64,000 bases of DNA, taken from Alistipes sp. (GTDB lineage Bacteria; Bacteroidota; Bacteroidia; Bacteroidales; Rikenellaceae). Both the position numbers and the translations under genes were made by a program. The stretch is taken from positions 38,700-102,699 of the forward strand of contig JAFQOR010000013.1 in the NCBI GenBank assembly GCA_017403125.1. Direction: 5' to 3'. Numbering within the stretch: position 1 is the stretch's first letter; every line of letters begins with the position of its first letter. The notes below the pieces were generated by a model that saw only the letters and a program-made list of their open reading frames with translations, ran no database searches and was not told the origin of the DNA. This document shows positions 52,527 to 62,902 of this stretch, piece by piece.

Positions 52527-53870
52527 TTACTTGCCGATGCAGAATTTGGAGAAGATATTGTGGAGGATGTCGTCGGAGGTGACCTCGCCGGTAATCTCGC
52601 CTAAATGGTGCAAGACCCTGCGCAAATCCTCGCTTAACAAATCTCCAGATAATCCGTGACGTAGGGCTCGCTCAACATCGCCAAGCGCCTCTAACGCCCT
52701 ATGAAGCGCCTCGTAATGGCGCATATTAGTAACAAGCACATCACTACGATTTAGCGTAGCCGTATCGACCGTAGAGCGTAACAACGCTTTAAGTTCCTCG
52801 ACGCCTCTGCCATCCTTCGCCGACATGAGGTGCGCATCGGCACTTTCGCACGTCGAAACCTTATCTATTTTATTTATCACACGCACGTAGTGTTGCCCCG
52901 ACTTTGGCATGACCGCCGAAAAGACAGGTCTTTCGACTGATGCAATATGGAGCACAATATGAGCCTCGTCCATAGCGCGTTGTGTTCGTTCTATACCCAT
53001 CTGTTCGAGTCTATCATCGGTACTATGCAAACCCGCTGTATCGACAAAACGAAAGCGCACACCATCGATCACCGTTGTAGCCTCAACCGTATCGCGTGTA
53101 GTACCTGCCACATCCGACACCATGGCTCTATCCTCCTCAACAAGCGCATTAAGCAGCGTGCTTTTACCCACATTTGGTTCGCCAACGATAGCAACCATAA
53201 CGCCATTTTTAAGCACATTACCCAACCTAAACGACTCTACCAAGCTGCGTAGCTGCGTAGCCACATCTTCCACAATCTGCTCCAACTCTTTGCGGTCGGC
53301 AAACTCCACATCCTCCTCCGAGAAGTCGAGTTCGAGCTCCAACAGCGAACACAGTCTCAACAGTTGCTCACGCAACGATGCCAAGCGACAGGAGTAGCCA
53401 CCACGCATCTGGCGCGACGCCACATCGTGCGACCACTCGGTATCGGAGCTAATGATGTCGGCAACGGCCTCTGCACGGCTTAAATCCATCTTTCCCGCAA
53501 GGAAGCTACGTCGTGTAAACTCGCCAGCCGTAGCCACACGTGCACCATGTTTTACGGCAAGGCGTATGACCTCCTGCGAAATATACTTCGAGCCGTGAAT
53601 CGTAATCTCCACAGTATCGTCACCCGTATAGGAGTGAGGCGCACGAAAGAGTGCAACAACAACGTCATCAACAACACGTTCGCCATCGACGATACGTCCA
53701 TAATGTAGCGTATATCCCTCGGCATCGGCAAGAGGCGTACGACCACGAAACATGGCATCGGCAATTGATATTGCATCCTCGCCACTCAAACGTATGACCA
53801 TGACTGCACCACCCTCGGCAGTAGCCGGAGCGACAATAGTCGTTGTCGAATCCAATATACTGTGTATCAT
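52527..53870 (-). CDS. mnmE: tRNA modification GTPase
   Basis: APHSYTGDD, GEFTRR, GEPNVGKS, GTTRD, DTAG, NKID, IFSKFCIGK. Confidence 0.97.
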   Translation of the reverse strand: MIHSILDSTTTIVAPATAEGGAVMVIRLSGEDAISIADAMFRGRTPLADAEGYTLHYGRIVDGERVVDDVVVALFRAPHSYTGDDTVEITIHGSKYISQEVIRLAVKHGARVATAGEFTRRSFLAGKMDLSRAEAVADIISSDTEWSHDVASRQMRGGYSCRLASLREQLLRLCSLLELELDFSEEDVEFADRKELEQIVEDVATQLRSLVESFRLGNVLKNGVMVAIVGEPNVGKSTLLNALVEEDRAMVSDVAGTTRDTVEATTVIDGVRFRFVDTAGLHSTDDRLEQMGIERTQRAMDEAHIVLHIASVERPVFSAVMPKSGQHYVRVINKIDKVSTCESADAHLMSAKDGRGVEELKALLRSTVDTATLNRSDVLVTNMRHYEALHRALEALGDVERALRHGLSGDLLSEDLRRVLHHLGEITGEVTSDDILHNIFSKFCIGK

Positions 53871-53874
53871 AGGG

Positions 53875-55293
53875 TTATCTGGGTGCGCTGACACGTATTT
53901 TCTGACCCAGACTCAACACATCGGGGTTTTTAATATTGTTCCACGCAACGAGCTGCTTGACCGTGCATCCATACTTGCGAGCGATAGCTCCGAGCGTATC
54001 ATCCTTCTTTACGATATGATACTTTGCCGGCGGTGCCTCGGCACGCTTCTTCTCGATATTTGCATGTACGACATACTCTTTCAGATACATCGAGTCCTTG
54101 GCATATATCTCCGCCTCGTGTGCTACGAAGTCGCTAATACGCTCCATAGGCAGCGTAAGCGTATAGGTGCGCGTTGTGGCGGGGATAATCTTCATATGGT
54201 ACTGCGGGTTGAGCATTTCCAACACCGACAGCTCCACATCAATGGTCGATGAGACCTGTTCGAGGTGCATAGGACGATCGATAGTTACGGTATCGACAGC
54301 AAGGGGCATCGGTGGCAGTGGCACCTCGATGCCATGAGCCTTATGGTAGGCAAAGGCGTAGGTAGCACCCATAAAGCGCGGCACATAGTCGCGTGTCTCC
54401 TTGGGCAGATGCTCATAGACATCCCAGAATGAACCATCGAAGCTCCCCAACTCTCCTCCGGCACGTTCGATAGCCTTGTTCACATTACCCGGACCACAGT
54501 TATACGACGCGATGGCGAGTGTCCAGTCGCCATAGAGTTCATACATGTTTTTAAGGTATCGACACGCTGCACGCGTAGAGAGTATTGGGTTGCAACGCTC
54601 ATCTATGAGCGAGTTTATCTCCAAACCATACTGCTTACCCGTTGCGGGCATAAACTGCCATATTCCCACAGCGCCACTCTTCGACTCAATGGTTGAGCGG
54701 AACCCCGACTCGATAATCACCATGGCTCGGAGTTCGATAGGCAGTCCCGCCTTTATGAGTTCCTCCTCGATTAGCGGGAAGTAGTAGTAGGCATAGGAGA
54801 GTGTCTGGGCGAAGTTATGCGACGTAAAACGATTTATGGCATCACGCACTGCGTGGTTGTAATACAATGGTATGGGCGACATCAGTGCCTGCATACGGGC
54901 TACGTAGAGCGTATCCTGATTAGTAGTATCGAGACTATCGGCAATAGCCACAGAGGCGGCATGAAACTCGTTGAAGTAGTTATCATACGCCTCAACGGTA
55001 TTCGTAGCACGCCACATAGCAAGCAACGAGTCGATCTGCTGCGGAGTATTCTCACGGCGCTTCTGGACAACCTGCGGTTCAACGTTATCGGCAGTGGTCG
55101 ATGTAGTCAAACTATCTATTGCGCTACCCTCAATGCGCTGACGGTCGGCCTCGATATTCTCTTTGCTATTAAACTGTTTGGTACGACGCTTGGGACGCTT
55201 TATGTCATCGTTAGCCTCGGCAGGTATTGCCACAACGAGCATTGCAATCAGTAGTAGTAGTAGTAGTGTGTTGGCGATTCTTCTATAATTCAT
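53875..55293 (-). CDS. MltD-like lytic transglycosylase with LysM
   Basis: IIES, AVGIWQFMPATG, ASYNCGPGNV, PKETRDYVP; LysM HIVKKDDTLGAIA. Confidence 0.92.
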   Translation of the reverse strand: MNYRRIANTLLLLLLIAMLVVAIPAEANDDIKRPKRRTKQFNSKENIEADRQRIEGSAIDSLTTSTTADNVEPQVVQKRRENTPQQIDSLLAMWRATNTVEAYDNYFNEFHAASVAIADSLDTTNQDTLYVARMQALMSPIPLYYNHAVRDAINRFTSHNFAQTLSYAYYYFPLIEEELIKAGLPIELRAMVIIESGFRSTIESKSGAVGIWQFMPATGKQYGLEINSLIDERCNPILSTRAACRYLKNMYELYGDWTLAIASYNCGPGNVNKAIERAGGELGSFDGSFWDVYEHLPKETRDYVPRFMGATYAFAYHKAHGIEVPLPPMPLAVDTVTIDRPMHLEQVSSTIDVELSVLEMLNPQYHMKIIPATTRTYTLTLPMERISDFVAHEAEIYAKDSMYLKEYVVHANIEKKRAEAPPAKYHIVKKDDTLGAIARKYGCTVKQLVAWNNIKNPDVLSLGQKIRVSAPR

Positions 55294-55353
55294 GGGGTTT
55301 TCGGATATTTATCTTACGACGTCACGCCATCTAACAGACTTCGATACAACGTA

Positions 55354-56571
55354 TTAAAACGTAAGGCTCAGATTGAGGCCCATCGTTGGGTGCGAGCCTA
55401 CGGGCGTATAGTCGAAGTATGGTTCGACATTCATCGACAGATCATCGGATATATCGTAATCTTGAAGATGGGCATCGACATGGGCATCTATGATATTTAG
55501 CAGATAGACACCCGCCGTAAGCAAGATACAGAGGTCACGGTTACGACGATAGCTATCTTTAAGGTTTTTCAAGAACGTTGCAGAGTAGGCACCACGAAAT
55601 TCATCCGCCGAGCCTCCGGGATACTTTTCCGGATTATTCTCGTAATCGACACGCAACGTATATGCCGTCTTAAAACGCTTATATCCTCGGTTATTCCAGT
55701 CGATGGTATATATCGTAGATGCCAGACCGCCAATGACTATCGGCACGCGCCAATAGCTCTTGTTGTAAATCTGACCTGCACCCGGACATATTGTCGATAG
55801 CGTCGTAGCCTTCTTTACGTCCGATACATCGTTTGTCGCATAGTTAATCGCAGCGTCGCCAATGAAGTAGATGTAGGTGGCGATAGCCACACCGGCATAG
55901 ATCTGACGACGTGTATTGTGGCGAATCATCTTGGTTTGCAACTCGTCGAGTTCGGGAGTGCGCATATATCCATGATCGACAAGATATTGATCATACTCCT
56001 TTTTGAGCGGCTTAAACTGTTTGGTCTCATGGACAAACATACCAATAGATGCTCCGACGACAGGATACAATATTCCGAGTTTCCAATACTGTTTGTTGTA
56101 TATCTGTCCGAAACCGGGCAGCGGCAACGACAGCCAACACATCTTCGACAAACCCATCGAGTCGCTAATGAATGGCTTGCGCACCTCACCCTTCTTATTC
56201 AGGCGTACGCGGCGCCCATCTGCCGTGACACTATCACCGCGACTGCGAATAAGTGAATCGCGGTGCAACTGCTCGGCTACGGTATGACGTATCGAGTCAC
56301 GCATATCGTCGGTAAGGTAGGAGTAGCCCTCATGCGCGATGCTTGCAACCGAGTCGAGGATGCCATAGTACAACGAGTCGCGACGAGCCGCAGCCTCGGC
56401 CTCGGCACGACGCAACGCCACCGAGTCGATAGGCACCAAACCGCCCTGGTTTATGGTGCGCACATTGCCTCGGGTGCGTGTGCGACTATACTCCTGCGCA
56501 GAGAGTTCGGTTGCAGACGTAAAAGTTGCAACCAACACCAAAACAAGATATATCGCTCGACGTAATACCAT
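55354..56571 (-). CDS. DUF5683-like membrane protein with two copies of the domain
   Basis: PGFGQIYNKQYWK and PGAGQIYNKSYWR; NIIDAHVDAHL. Confidence 0.8.
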   Translation of the reverse strand: MVLRRAIYLVLVLVATFTSATELSAQEYSRTRTRGNVRTINQGGLVPIDSVALRRAEAEAAARRDSLYYGILDSVASIAHEGYSYLTDDMRDSIRHTVAEQLHRDSLIRSRGDSVTADGRRVRLNKKGEVRKPFISDSMGLSKMCWLSLPLPGFGQIYNKQYWKLGILYPVVGASIGMFVHETKQFKPLKKEYDQYLVDHGYMRTPELDELQTKMIRHNTRRQIYAGVAIATYIYFIGDAAINYATNDVSDVKKATTLSTICPGAGQIYNKSYWRVPIVIGGLASTIYTIDWNNRGYKRFKTAYTLRVDYENNPEKYPGGSADEFRGAYSATFLKNLKDSYRRNRDLCILLTAGVYLLNIIDAHVDAHLQDYDISDDLSMNVEPYFDYTPVGSHPTMGLNLSLTF

Positions 56572-56599
56572 TATTCGACTAACGCTTCACTACCCCACT

Positions 56600-57472
56600 T
56601 TATTTCACACTCGACAGACGTTTGATAAGCATCTCCACCTCACCATCGTTTGCACACTCGATGGTTATGCGACTGCCACCCGTCTTGGTACGCTTGATAG
56701 ATATATTCTCCGAGAGCACACGCTCCAACTCGTCCACAAGACGTGTATATGCCTCGGGGTACTCTTCGTCGTCTGTTGCACGCTTTGTGCCACCATCTGC
56801 AACCTTACGTGCAAGTTGCTCTGCCTGACGCACCGACAAGCCTCGCTTAATGCACTTTTTCAGCGCTTTGAGTTGTTGTGCATCCTCCATGCCGGCAATA
56901 GCCTTGGCATGTCCCATAGAGATAAGGCCCTCTTTCAGGGCGAGTTGCACCTCCGACGGAAGATTCAACAGACGCATGTAGTTCGACACCGTAGAGCGCT
57001 TCTTGCCCACTCTGTCGGCCATAGCCTCCTGCGTCAATCCACACTCCTCGACAAGACGTTTCATGCCCAAAGCTATCTCAATGGCATTCAAATCCTGACG
57101 CTGTATGTTCTCTACGAGCGCCATTGTGTGCATATTCTCATCATCGACATCACGAATATAGGCAGGCAGGCTCTCCAACCCTGCCATCTGCGATGCTCGC
57201 CAGCGACGCTCACCACTGATAATGGTGTATCTGCCATCGGCTCGACGACGTAGCGTGATAGGTTGGATAACACCGAGCTGTGCTATCGATGCCGAGAGCT
57301 CGGCAAGAGCCTCATCGTCGAACTCACGACGCGGCTGCAATGGGTTGGGCTCAATATCGCTAATAGCCACCTCCGCCATCTCGGACATAGGTTTTGCCTG
57401 CTGCACAGGATTTGCCGTGCCAAATATGGCATCCAAGCCACGACCCAAACCTCTCTTCTTCTGTGATGTCAT
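56600..57472 (-). CDS. parB: Chromosome partitioning protein ParB
   Basis: LGRGLDA, NPLQPRR, GERRWRA, ENIQRQDLNAIE, HTH. Confidence 0.96.
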   Translation of the reverse strand: MTSQKKRGLGRGLDAIFGTANPVQQAKPMSEMAEVAISDIEPNPLQPRREFDDEALAELSASIAQLGVIQPITLRRRADGRYTIISGERRWRASQMAGLESLPAYIRDVDDENMHTMALVENIQRQDLNAIEIALGMKRLVEECGLTQEAMADRVGKKRSTVSNYMRLLNLPSEVQLALKEGLISMGHAKAIAGMEDAQQLKALKKCIKRGLSVRQAEQLARKVADGGTKRATDDEEYPEAYTRLVDELERVLSENISIKRTKTGGSRITIECANDGEVEMLIKRLSSVK

Positions 57473-57517
57473 TATAACTTCTACTCTAACTGATTCCTAA
57501 AAAAAACTTCACACCGC

Positions 57518-58294
<777 letters not shown>

Positions 58295-58451
58295 TTATCT
58301 TATCGCTAAAAAAATATCCGGACAAAAATAGTAAATTTTATCGGATTATCGCCTACCATTAACGAAAATAACGTATCTTTGTTTGATTTTTGTCGCACAC
58401 CGTGCAGAGCAAAACCACAAATAGAAGTTAGCAACAAACTATCGAACAGAA

Positions 58452-59315
58452 ATGAAGCGATTATTTCACATCATACGCGACGTAATTGTTGTCGCCATAG
58501 TTGCCATGTTGGCAACGCTTGTCGTGGGGCTATGCACCATGCAATTCGATGGCATAACCACGCCGAGTGGTGCATATACCGATTTTGGCTTCATGGCAAC
58601 CTACTTCTTTTCGATGTTGCTAATCTACCTCATCGTAACACGCTACGAACGCAGTTCCTACAAGATTATCATCCCCATTAGCCACCGCCGTGCCGGCTTC
58701 GACCCCACGACCATACTCTGGGGAGTGATACTTCTCATCGCCATGTCGATAGCACTCATGCCTCTTGCCGAGCATCTGCCCGCCGACGACCGCACATTCC
58801 ATAATGGCGAGTGGACGCTACTCACGACCGTAGTTCTCGCGCCAATCTTCGAGGAGTACATCTTCCGTGGCAGACTCATCTCACTCTTCCAGCACAACAT
58901 GCCACCCTCGATAGCAGTTCTTCTTGCTGCCACAGTCTTCGCCTTCTCGCATGGCATAAACGTCGTCACGTTGAGCGCTTTCGTATCGGGCATAGTCTTT
59001 GGTTACGCATATCTTTTGCGTCGCTCAATCATAGCACCCATCATCCTACACATGTGCAACAATGCCATAGCCTACGCCCTGATAGTGCTATCGTATCAGG
59101 ATAAGCCTCTCGAAGAGATTTTGGATTCATCTGTTTCATACACAAGCATCTACATTGCCGCAAGCGCAATTATTGTCATAGGCATTGTGCATATCATATA
59201 CACCCTTCGCCGCGCCGACCGCGAAGCACGTGCCATTACGATAGAGAGCGAGACGCCCGCACAAGAGAGCGTGCAGGCGTCAAGCAATCACAATGGCATG
59301 AATGGCGCAGAATAG
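58452..59315 (+). CDS. CPBP (CAAX/Abi) intramembrane metalloprotease
   Basis: APIFEEYIFRG, FAFSH, ILHMCNN. Confidence 0.9.
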   Translation: MKRLFHIIRDVIVVAIVAMLATLVVGLCTMQFDGITTPSGAYTDFGFMATYFFSMLLIYLIVTRYERSSYKIIIPISHRRAGFDPTTILWGVILLIAMSIALMPLAEHLPADDRTFHNGEWTLLTTVVLAPIFEEYIFRGRLISLFQHNMPPSIAVLLAATVFAFSHGINVVTLSAFVSGIVFGYAYLLRRSIIAPIILHMCNNAIAYALIVLSYQDKPLEEILDSSVSYTSIYIAASAIIVIGIVHIIYTLRRADREARAITIESETPAQESVQASSNHNGMNGAE

Positions 59316-59318
59316 CCT

Positions 59319-60137
59319 TTACTCTATCTTCTCGGCATGAACAAATATGTCGCTGCCGAAATCAAGAGAGGGCAACTCACGAAAGAGTCCGAAGAGTGCC
59401 GAGCCCGAGCCCGACATCGAGGCATAGATAGCACCCCGTGCCAAGAGTTCGCTTTTAAGTATCGCTATATTCGGATGCGACTCGAATATGTGTCGCTCAA
59501 AGTCATTAACCACGCTACCCTGCCACCTATCAACACTGTGCATTAGCTGCTCGCATAGCTCGGTTTCGGGCTGCGCAGGCTTAACACCGCCATACGCCTC
59601 GGCGGTGGATACGCCCTCCGCAGGCTTTACAACGACAAGATACAACCCCTCTAAATCGAGCTTTATGGGACGCATAATCTCACCCCGTCCCGTACAATAT
59701 TGCGGTGTGTTATAGACAAAAAATGGCGTATCGCTACCCAACATTGCAGCAACATCCGAAAGCTGCAACTTACTCAACGACAATCCGAATAGCTCGTTCA
59801 TGGCAATGATGACCGCCGTAGCATCCGACGAGCCACCGCCGAGACCTGCTCCAAAGGGCACACGTTTATCAAGCGTTATGCTCACACCCCCGACACCATA
59901 GCGCTCCTGCATAAGGCGGGCTGCACGCACCACCAAGTTACGCTCTGCATCGCAATCCACAGCTATACCTCGCTGACGAAACTCCACGACACCATCGCCA
60001 TCAACACGCTCTATGGTTATCTCGTCGTATAGCCCTTTTACGGGCATCATCACGCTCTGCAACTCGTGGTAGCCATCCTCGCGCTTGCGCACGACACGCA
60101 GTCCGAGGTTTATCTTACAGTTTGCCTTAACTATCAT
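59319..60137 (-). CDS. ispE: CDP-ME kinase
   Basis: KINLGL, PFGAGLGGGSSDA, LGSDTPFF, MSGSGS. Confidence 0.96.
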   Translation of the reverse strand: MIVKANCKINLGLRVVRKREDGYHELQSVMMPVKGLYDEITIERVDGDGVVEFRQRGIAVDCDAERNLVVRAARLMQERYGVGGVSITLDKRVPFGAGLGGGSSDATAVIIAMNELFGLSLSKLQLSDVAAMLGSDTPFFVYNTPQYCTGRGEIMRPIKLDLEGLYLVVVKPAEGVSTAEAYGGVKPAQPETELCEQLMHSVDRWQGSVVNDFERHIFESHPNIAILKSELLARGAIYASMSGSGSALFGLFRELPSLDFGSDIFVHAEKIE

Positions 60138-60243
60138 AACAGCCACAAATATATAACAAAGGTAGCAATTATTTTCGGTTTTAGGAAATATGCGCGGTAT
60201 AGTTCTTGGATTGAGAGAGCAATAAACCAATATCGAGATTCGT

Positions 60244-61095
60244 ATGATGAGCTTTACAAAACGGAGTATCGCAGTAGCAGTTATGGCTGCGGCACTCATG
60301 CCAATGGCAACAGCCGAGGCACAGAATACAAACACCACACAAATCAAGGAGGAGGAGTGGCGCGATGGCGACTACATTGTGCATCGCTATACCACGACAA
60401 ATACCAAGCCGCAGAGCAACGCGTATGAGATACACTTCGAGATTAACTCTTCGGACGTAACCACGGGCTACGACCACAACGACGACGCCCTTGCCTCGCT
60501 CGACAGCTTCTTTGCCGAGTGCCGCAACATGCCCTCACGCCACATCAAGGGCATAGCCGTCACGGGCTACGCATCGCCCGACGGCAGCACAACATTCAAC
60601 ACCGAGTTGGCACACGAACGTGCCAAGGAGCTGGGCATGATGCTTATCGAGCGCTATGGATTGCAGGAGTCGAGTGTCACGCTCTCGTCGCACGTAGAGC
60701 CGTGGAGTGCAACGGCAGATGGCATCGAGCACTCGACGCTTGCAAACCGCGAGGAGCTGACATCGATGGTCGAGGGCAAGGCAACCCCAATGGTCATAGA
60801 TAACAACCTGAAACACGACAAAACGGCATGGGCCTACATCAAGAGCGATGTGTTGCCACCCCTACGTCGTGCTACGATTGTTGTGACCTTCACCGAGGAT
60901 AAAACAGAGATAGTACGCGAATATAGCCCTCTGCCACAACAGCCCACCGAAATTATCATTATCGAGGAGCTTACAGAGGAGAAACCGCGCCACCACAAAC
61001 ATCACAATCATCACCACAACATGGTTACGGTCTATGAATGGGATGGTATTATCATCGACGCAGGAGCTTCGACCGAGGGTGACAGGCCGCAATAG
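60244..61095 (+). CDS. Exported OmpA-like-domain protein with His-rich tail
   Basis: Signal peptide; HFEINSS, VTGYASPDG...NTELAHERA; HHKHHNHHH. Confidence 0.7.
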   Translation: MMSFTKRSIAVAVMAAALMPMATAEAQNTNTTQIKEEEWRDGDYIVHRYTTTNTKPQSNAYEIHFEINSSDVTTGYDHNDDALASLDSFFAECRNMPSRHIKGIAVTGYASPDGSTTFNTELAHERAKELGMMLIERYGLQESSVTLSSHVEPWSATADGIEHSTLANREELTSMVEGKATPMVIDNNLKHDKTAWAYIKSDVLPPLRRATIVVTFTEDKTEIVREYSPLPQQPTEIIIIEELTEEKPRHHKHHNHHHNMVTVYEWDGIIIDAGASTEGDRPQ

Positions 61096-61240
61096 ATTCC
61101 GCAAAGCGTTGTAAGCATATTTTTCGTCACTGTCAAAGGCTTATATTTACCAATTTGCAGAATATCCCCAAAAATAATTTGCATAAAAGAGTTCGTTTTA
61201 CTATCTTTGCATTTGGCAAAATCTATAAAACGATATAAAT

Positions 61241-61525
61241 ATGGCAAATTTAAGACTGTTAAAGAAGGAGATTGACTACCGCTTGGAGGAGTTTGTATTT
61301 GACTGCGAGATGGCTGCTTTTGTTCAGCCTAACAAGGAGGAGCAGATTGTGGAGCTCATGCAGAAGAGCGTTGAGTTGCGCAATGCTCTCTACTGCAAGG
61401 CAAACAACCCCGCCGAGCCCAAGAACCGTTCACTCACGAAGAAGCACTATGCAGCTCTTCGTCGCGATATGGTAGCAAGCTACGCTGCAATGTTCGAGGA
61501 GTTGAGCGAGGTATGCAATAAGTAA
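61241..61525 (+). CDS. Small helical hypothetical protein
   Basis: MANLRLLKKEIDY start; TATCTTTG promoter element at 61202; strong hairpin after the stop. Confidence 0.75.
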   Translation: MANLRLLKKEIDYRLEEFVFDCEMAAFVQPNKEEQIVELMQKSVELRNALYCKANNPAEPKNRSLTKKHYAALRRDMVASYAAMFEELSEVCNK

Positions 61526-61539
61526 AAAAAGAAAGATTC

Positions 61540-61579
61540 GCAAAGGGCTGCCCATCACAACTGATGGGCAGCCCTTTGC
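61540..61579. terminator. 18-bp perfect hairpin
   Basis: gcaaagggctgcccatca-caac-tgatgggcagccctttgc. Confidence 0.8.
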
Positions 61580-61733
61580 ATGTTCAGGCGGATTAGCTTG
61601 CGAAGTGCTTTTATTGTGGGGAGAACGGAGTTAAGAGGATGGAGGAGAGTGTATAGAGGGCGCGGCAGAGCCGCTTGAACAACGAAGGCAGAGCCGCTTT
61701 GACGGCGCACTGCGTGCTTGACAGCGCGCCACA

Positions 61734-61799
61734 CCCTTTCACTCCCCTTGTGCTACCCTTGTGCTACCCTTTCACAACCCTTTTGCTACCCTTTTTCCA
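61734..61799. repeat. Six tandem 11-bp units
   Basis: CCCTTTCACTC CCCTTGTGCTA CCCTTGTGCTA CCCTTTCACAA CCCTTTTGCTA CCCTTTTTCCA. Confidence 0.9.
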
Positions 61800-61804
61800 C
61801 AACG

Positions 61805-61842
61805 AACGAGACCGACTAAAAGGAATTTTAGTCGGCCTCGTT
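61805..61842 (-). terminator. Hairpin after deoC
   Basis: aacgagaccgactaaaa...ttttagtcggcctcgtt. Confidence 0.7.
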
Positions 61843-61881
61843 ATGGATAATCGGCAGCTGATGCCGTTGTTGTAATTCGGT

Positions 61882-62757
61882 TTAGAAGTATTTAATATCC
61901 TTATCCTCTATCGCCGATATTAGGTTATTCGCAGCCGACGACGCTCCAATGCGGAACAAATCGGGCGTGAGCCACTCCTCGCCTAACACCTCTTCGACGA
62001 TAGTGTAGTATAGCGCTGCGTCCTCGGGTGTGCGAACACCACCTGCCGCCTTGAAGCCCACCTTTCTGCCCGTAAGGTTGTAGTAATCCTTGATGGCGTG
62101 ACACATCACGAATGCGGCTTCGGGCGTAGCTGCCACATCAATCTTTCCGGTAGATGTCTTTATGAAGTCGGCTCCTGCGAACATCGAGAGCAACGATGCG
62201 GTACGTATAAGCTCCGGGGTCTTTAACGCTCCCGACTCGATGATGACCTTCAACACCACATCGCGGGCCTCCTCGCGCAACAACTCCACCTCGCTTGCCG
62301 CCTCGGCATAGTGTCCCGAGAGTATCATACCGGGGTTGAGAACTATATCTATCTCGTCGGCACCATTCTCAATGGCCATAGCAACCTCCAACGCCTTGAC
62401 CTCGACAAAGCTCTGCGATGCAGGAAAAGCGCCGGCAACGCTTGTTATGCGCATGGGCGTGCCATCAATCTCCAAGCCTACGGTCTCGACAAAGGGGGGA
62501 TATACACAAATGGATGCTACGTTAGGAATATGCGGATACTTGTCGTAGAACTCCACAGCCTTGCGCACAAAGGCCTGTACCGACTCCTGCGAGTCGTTGC
62601 ACGAAAGCGTCGTAAGGTCGATTGTCGAATAGCAGAATTTATACACATCGACATTACCATTTCTGTGGGCAGCCATCTTAATCTTGGCAACCTCCTTTGC
62701 CACCTGTGCATCGAGATGCGCGGGTGCATACTTCTCTAACTCCTTAACGTAATCCAT
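61882..62757 (-). CDS. deoC: Deoxyribose-phosphate aldolase
   Basis: IDLTTL, GADEID, LKVIIE, GADFIKTSTGK, FKAAGG, RIGAS. Confidence 0.95.
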   Translation of the reverse strand: MDYVKELEKYAPAHLDAQVAKEVAKIKMAAHRNGNVDVYKFCYSTIDLTTLSCNDSQESVQAFVRKAVEFYDKYPHIPNVASICVYPPFVETVGLEIDGTPMRITSVAGAFPASQSFVEVKALEVAMAIENGADEIDIVLNPGMILSGHYAEAASEVELLREEARDVVLKVIIESGALKTPELIRTASLLSMFAGADFIKTSTGKIDVAATPEAAFVMCHAIKDYYNLTGRKVGFKAAGGVRTPEDAALYYTIVEEVLGEEWLTPDLFRIGASSAANNLISAIEDKDIKYF

Positions 62758-62848
62758 AGTCACACGTTTTTGCAACTACAAATATAGCAAATTTTCGTAA
62801 CAAAACCAAGTTTGATTAACTTTTTTCGATTTTCGTGCCACAACCCAA

Positions 62849-62881
62849 CAAAAAAAACGAGGTTGCACAGGTGCAACCTCG
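62849..62881 (-). terminator. Intrinsic terminator
   Basis: cgaggttgcac-ag-gtgcaacctcg with an A run on the left (U tail on the minus strand). Confidence 0.85.
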
Positions 62882-62902
62882 CATAGTATAATCTAATTCA
62901 GA

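Noticed and set aside
59319-60347. Extended ORF-track starts for ispE, the sialidase (34371), the 43011 ORF and the 37585 ORF
   Set aside because: The extensions run through promoters or neighbouring genes; downstream ATGs fit family N-termini or signal peptides.
61734-61799. CRISPR array
   Set aside because: Units are 11 bp and contiguous with no spacers; no cas genes.
61675-61875. 66-aa ORF across the repeats
   Set aside because: TTG start, low complexity, crosses a terminator hairpin, and the 11-bp unit is not a multiple of three.
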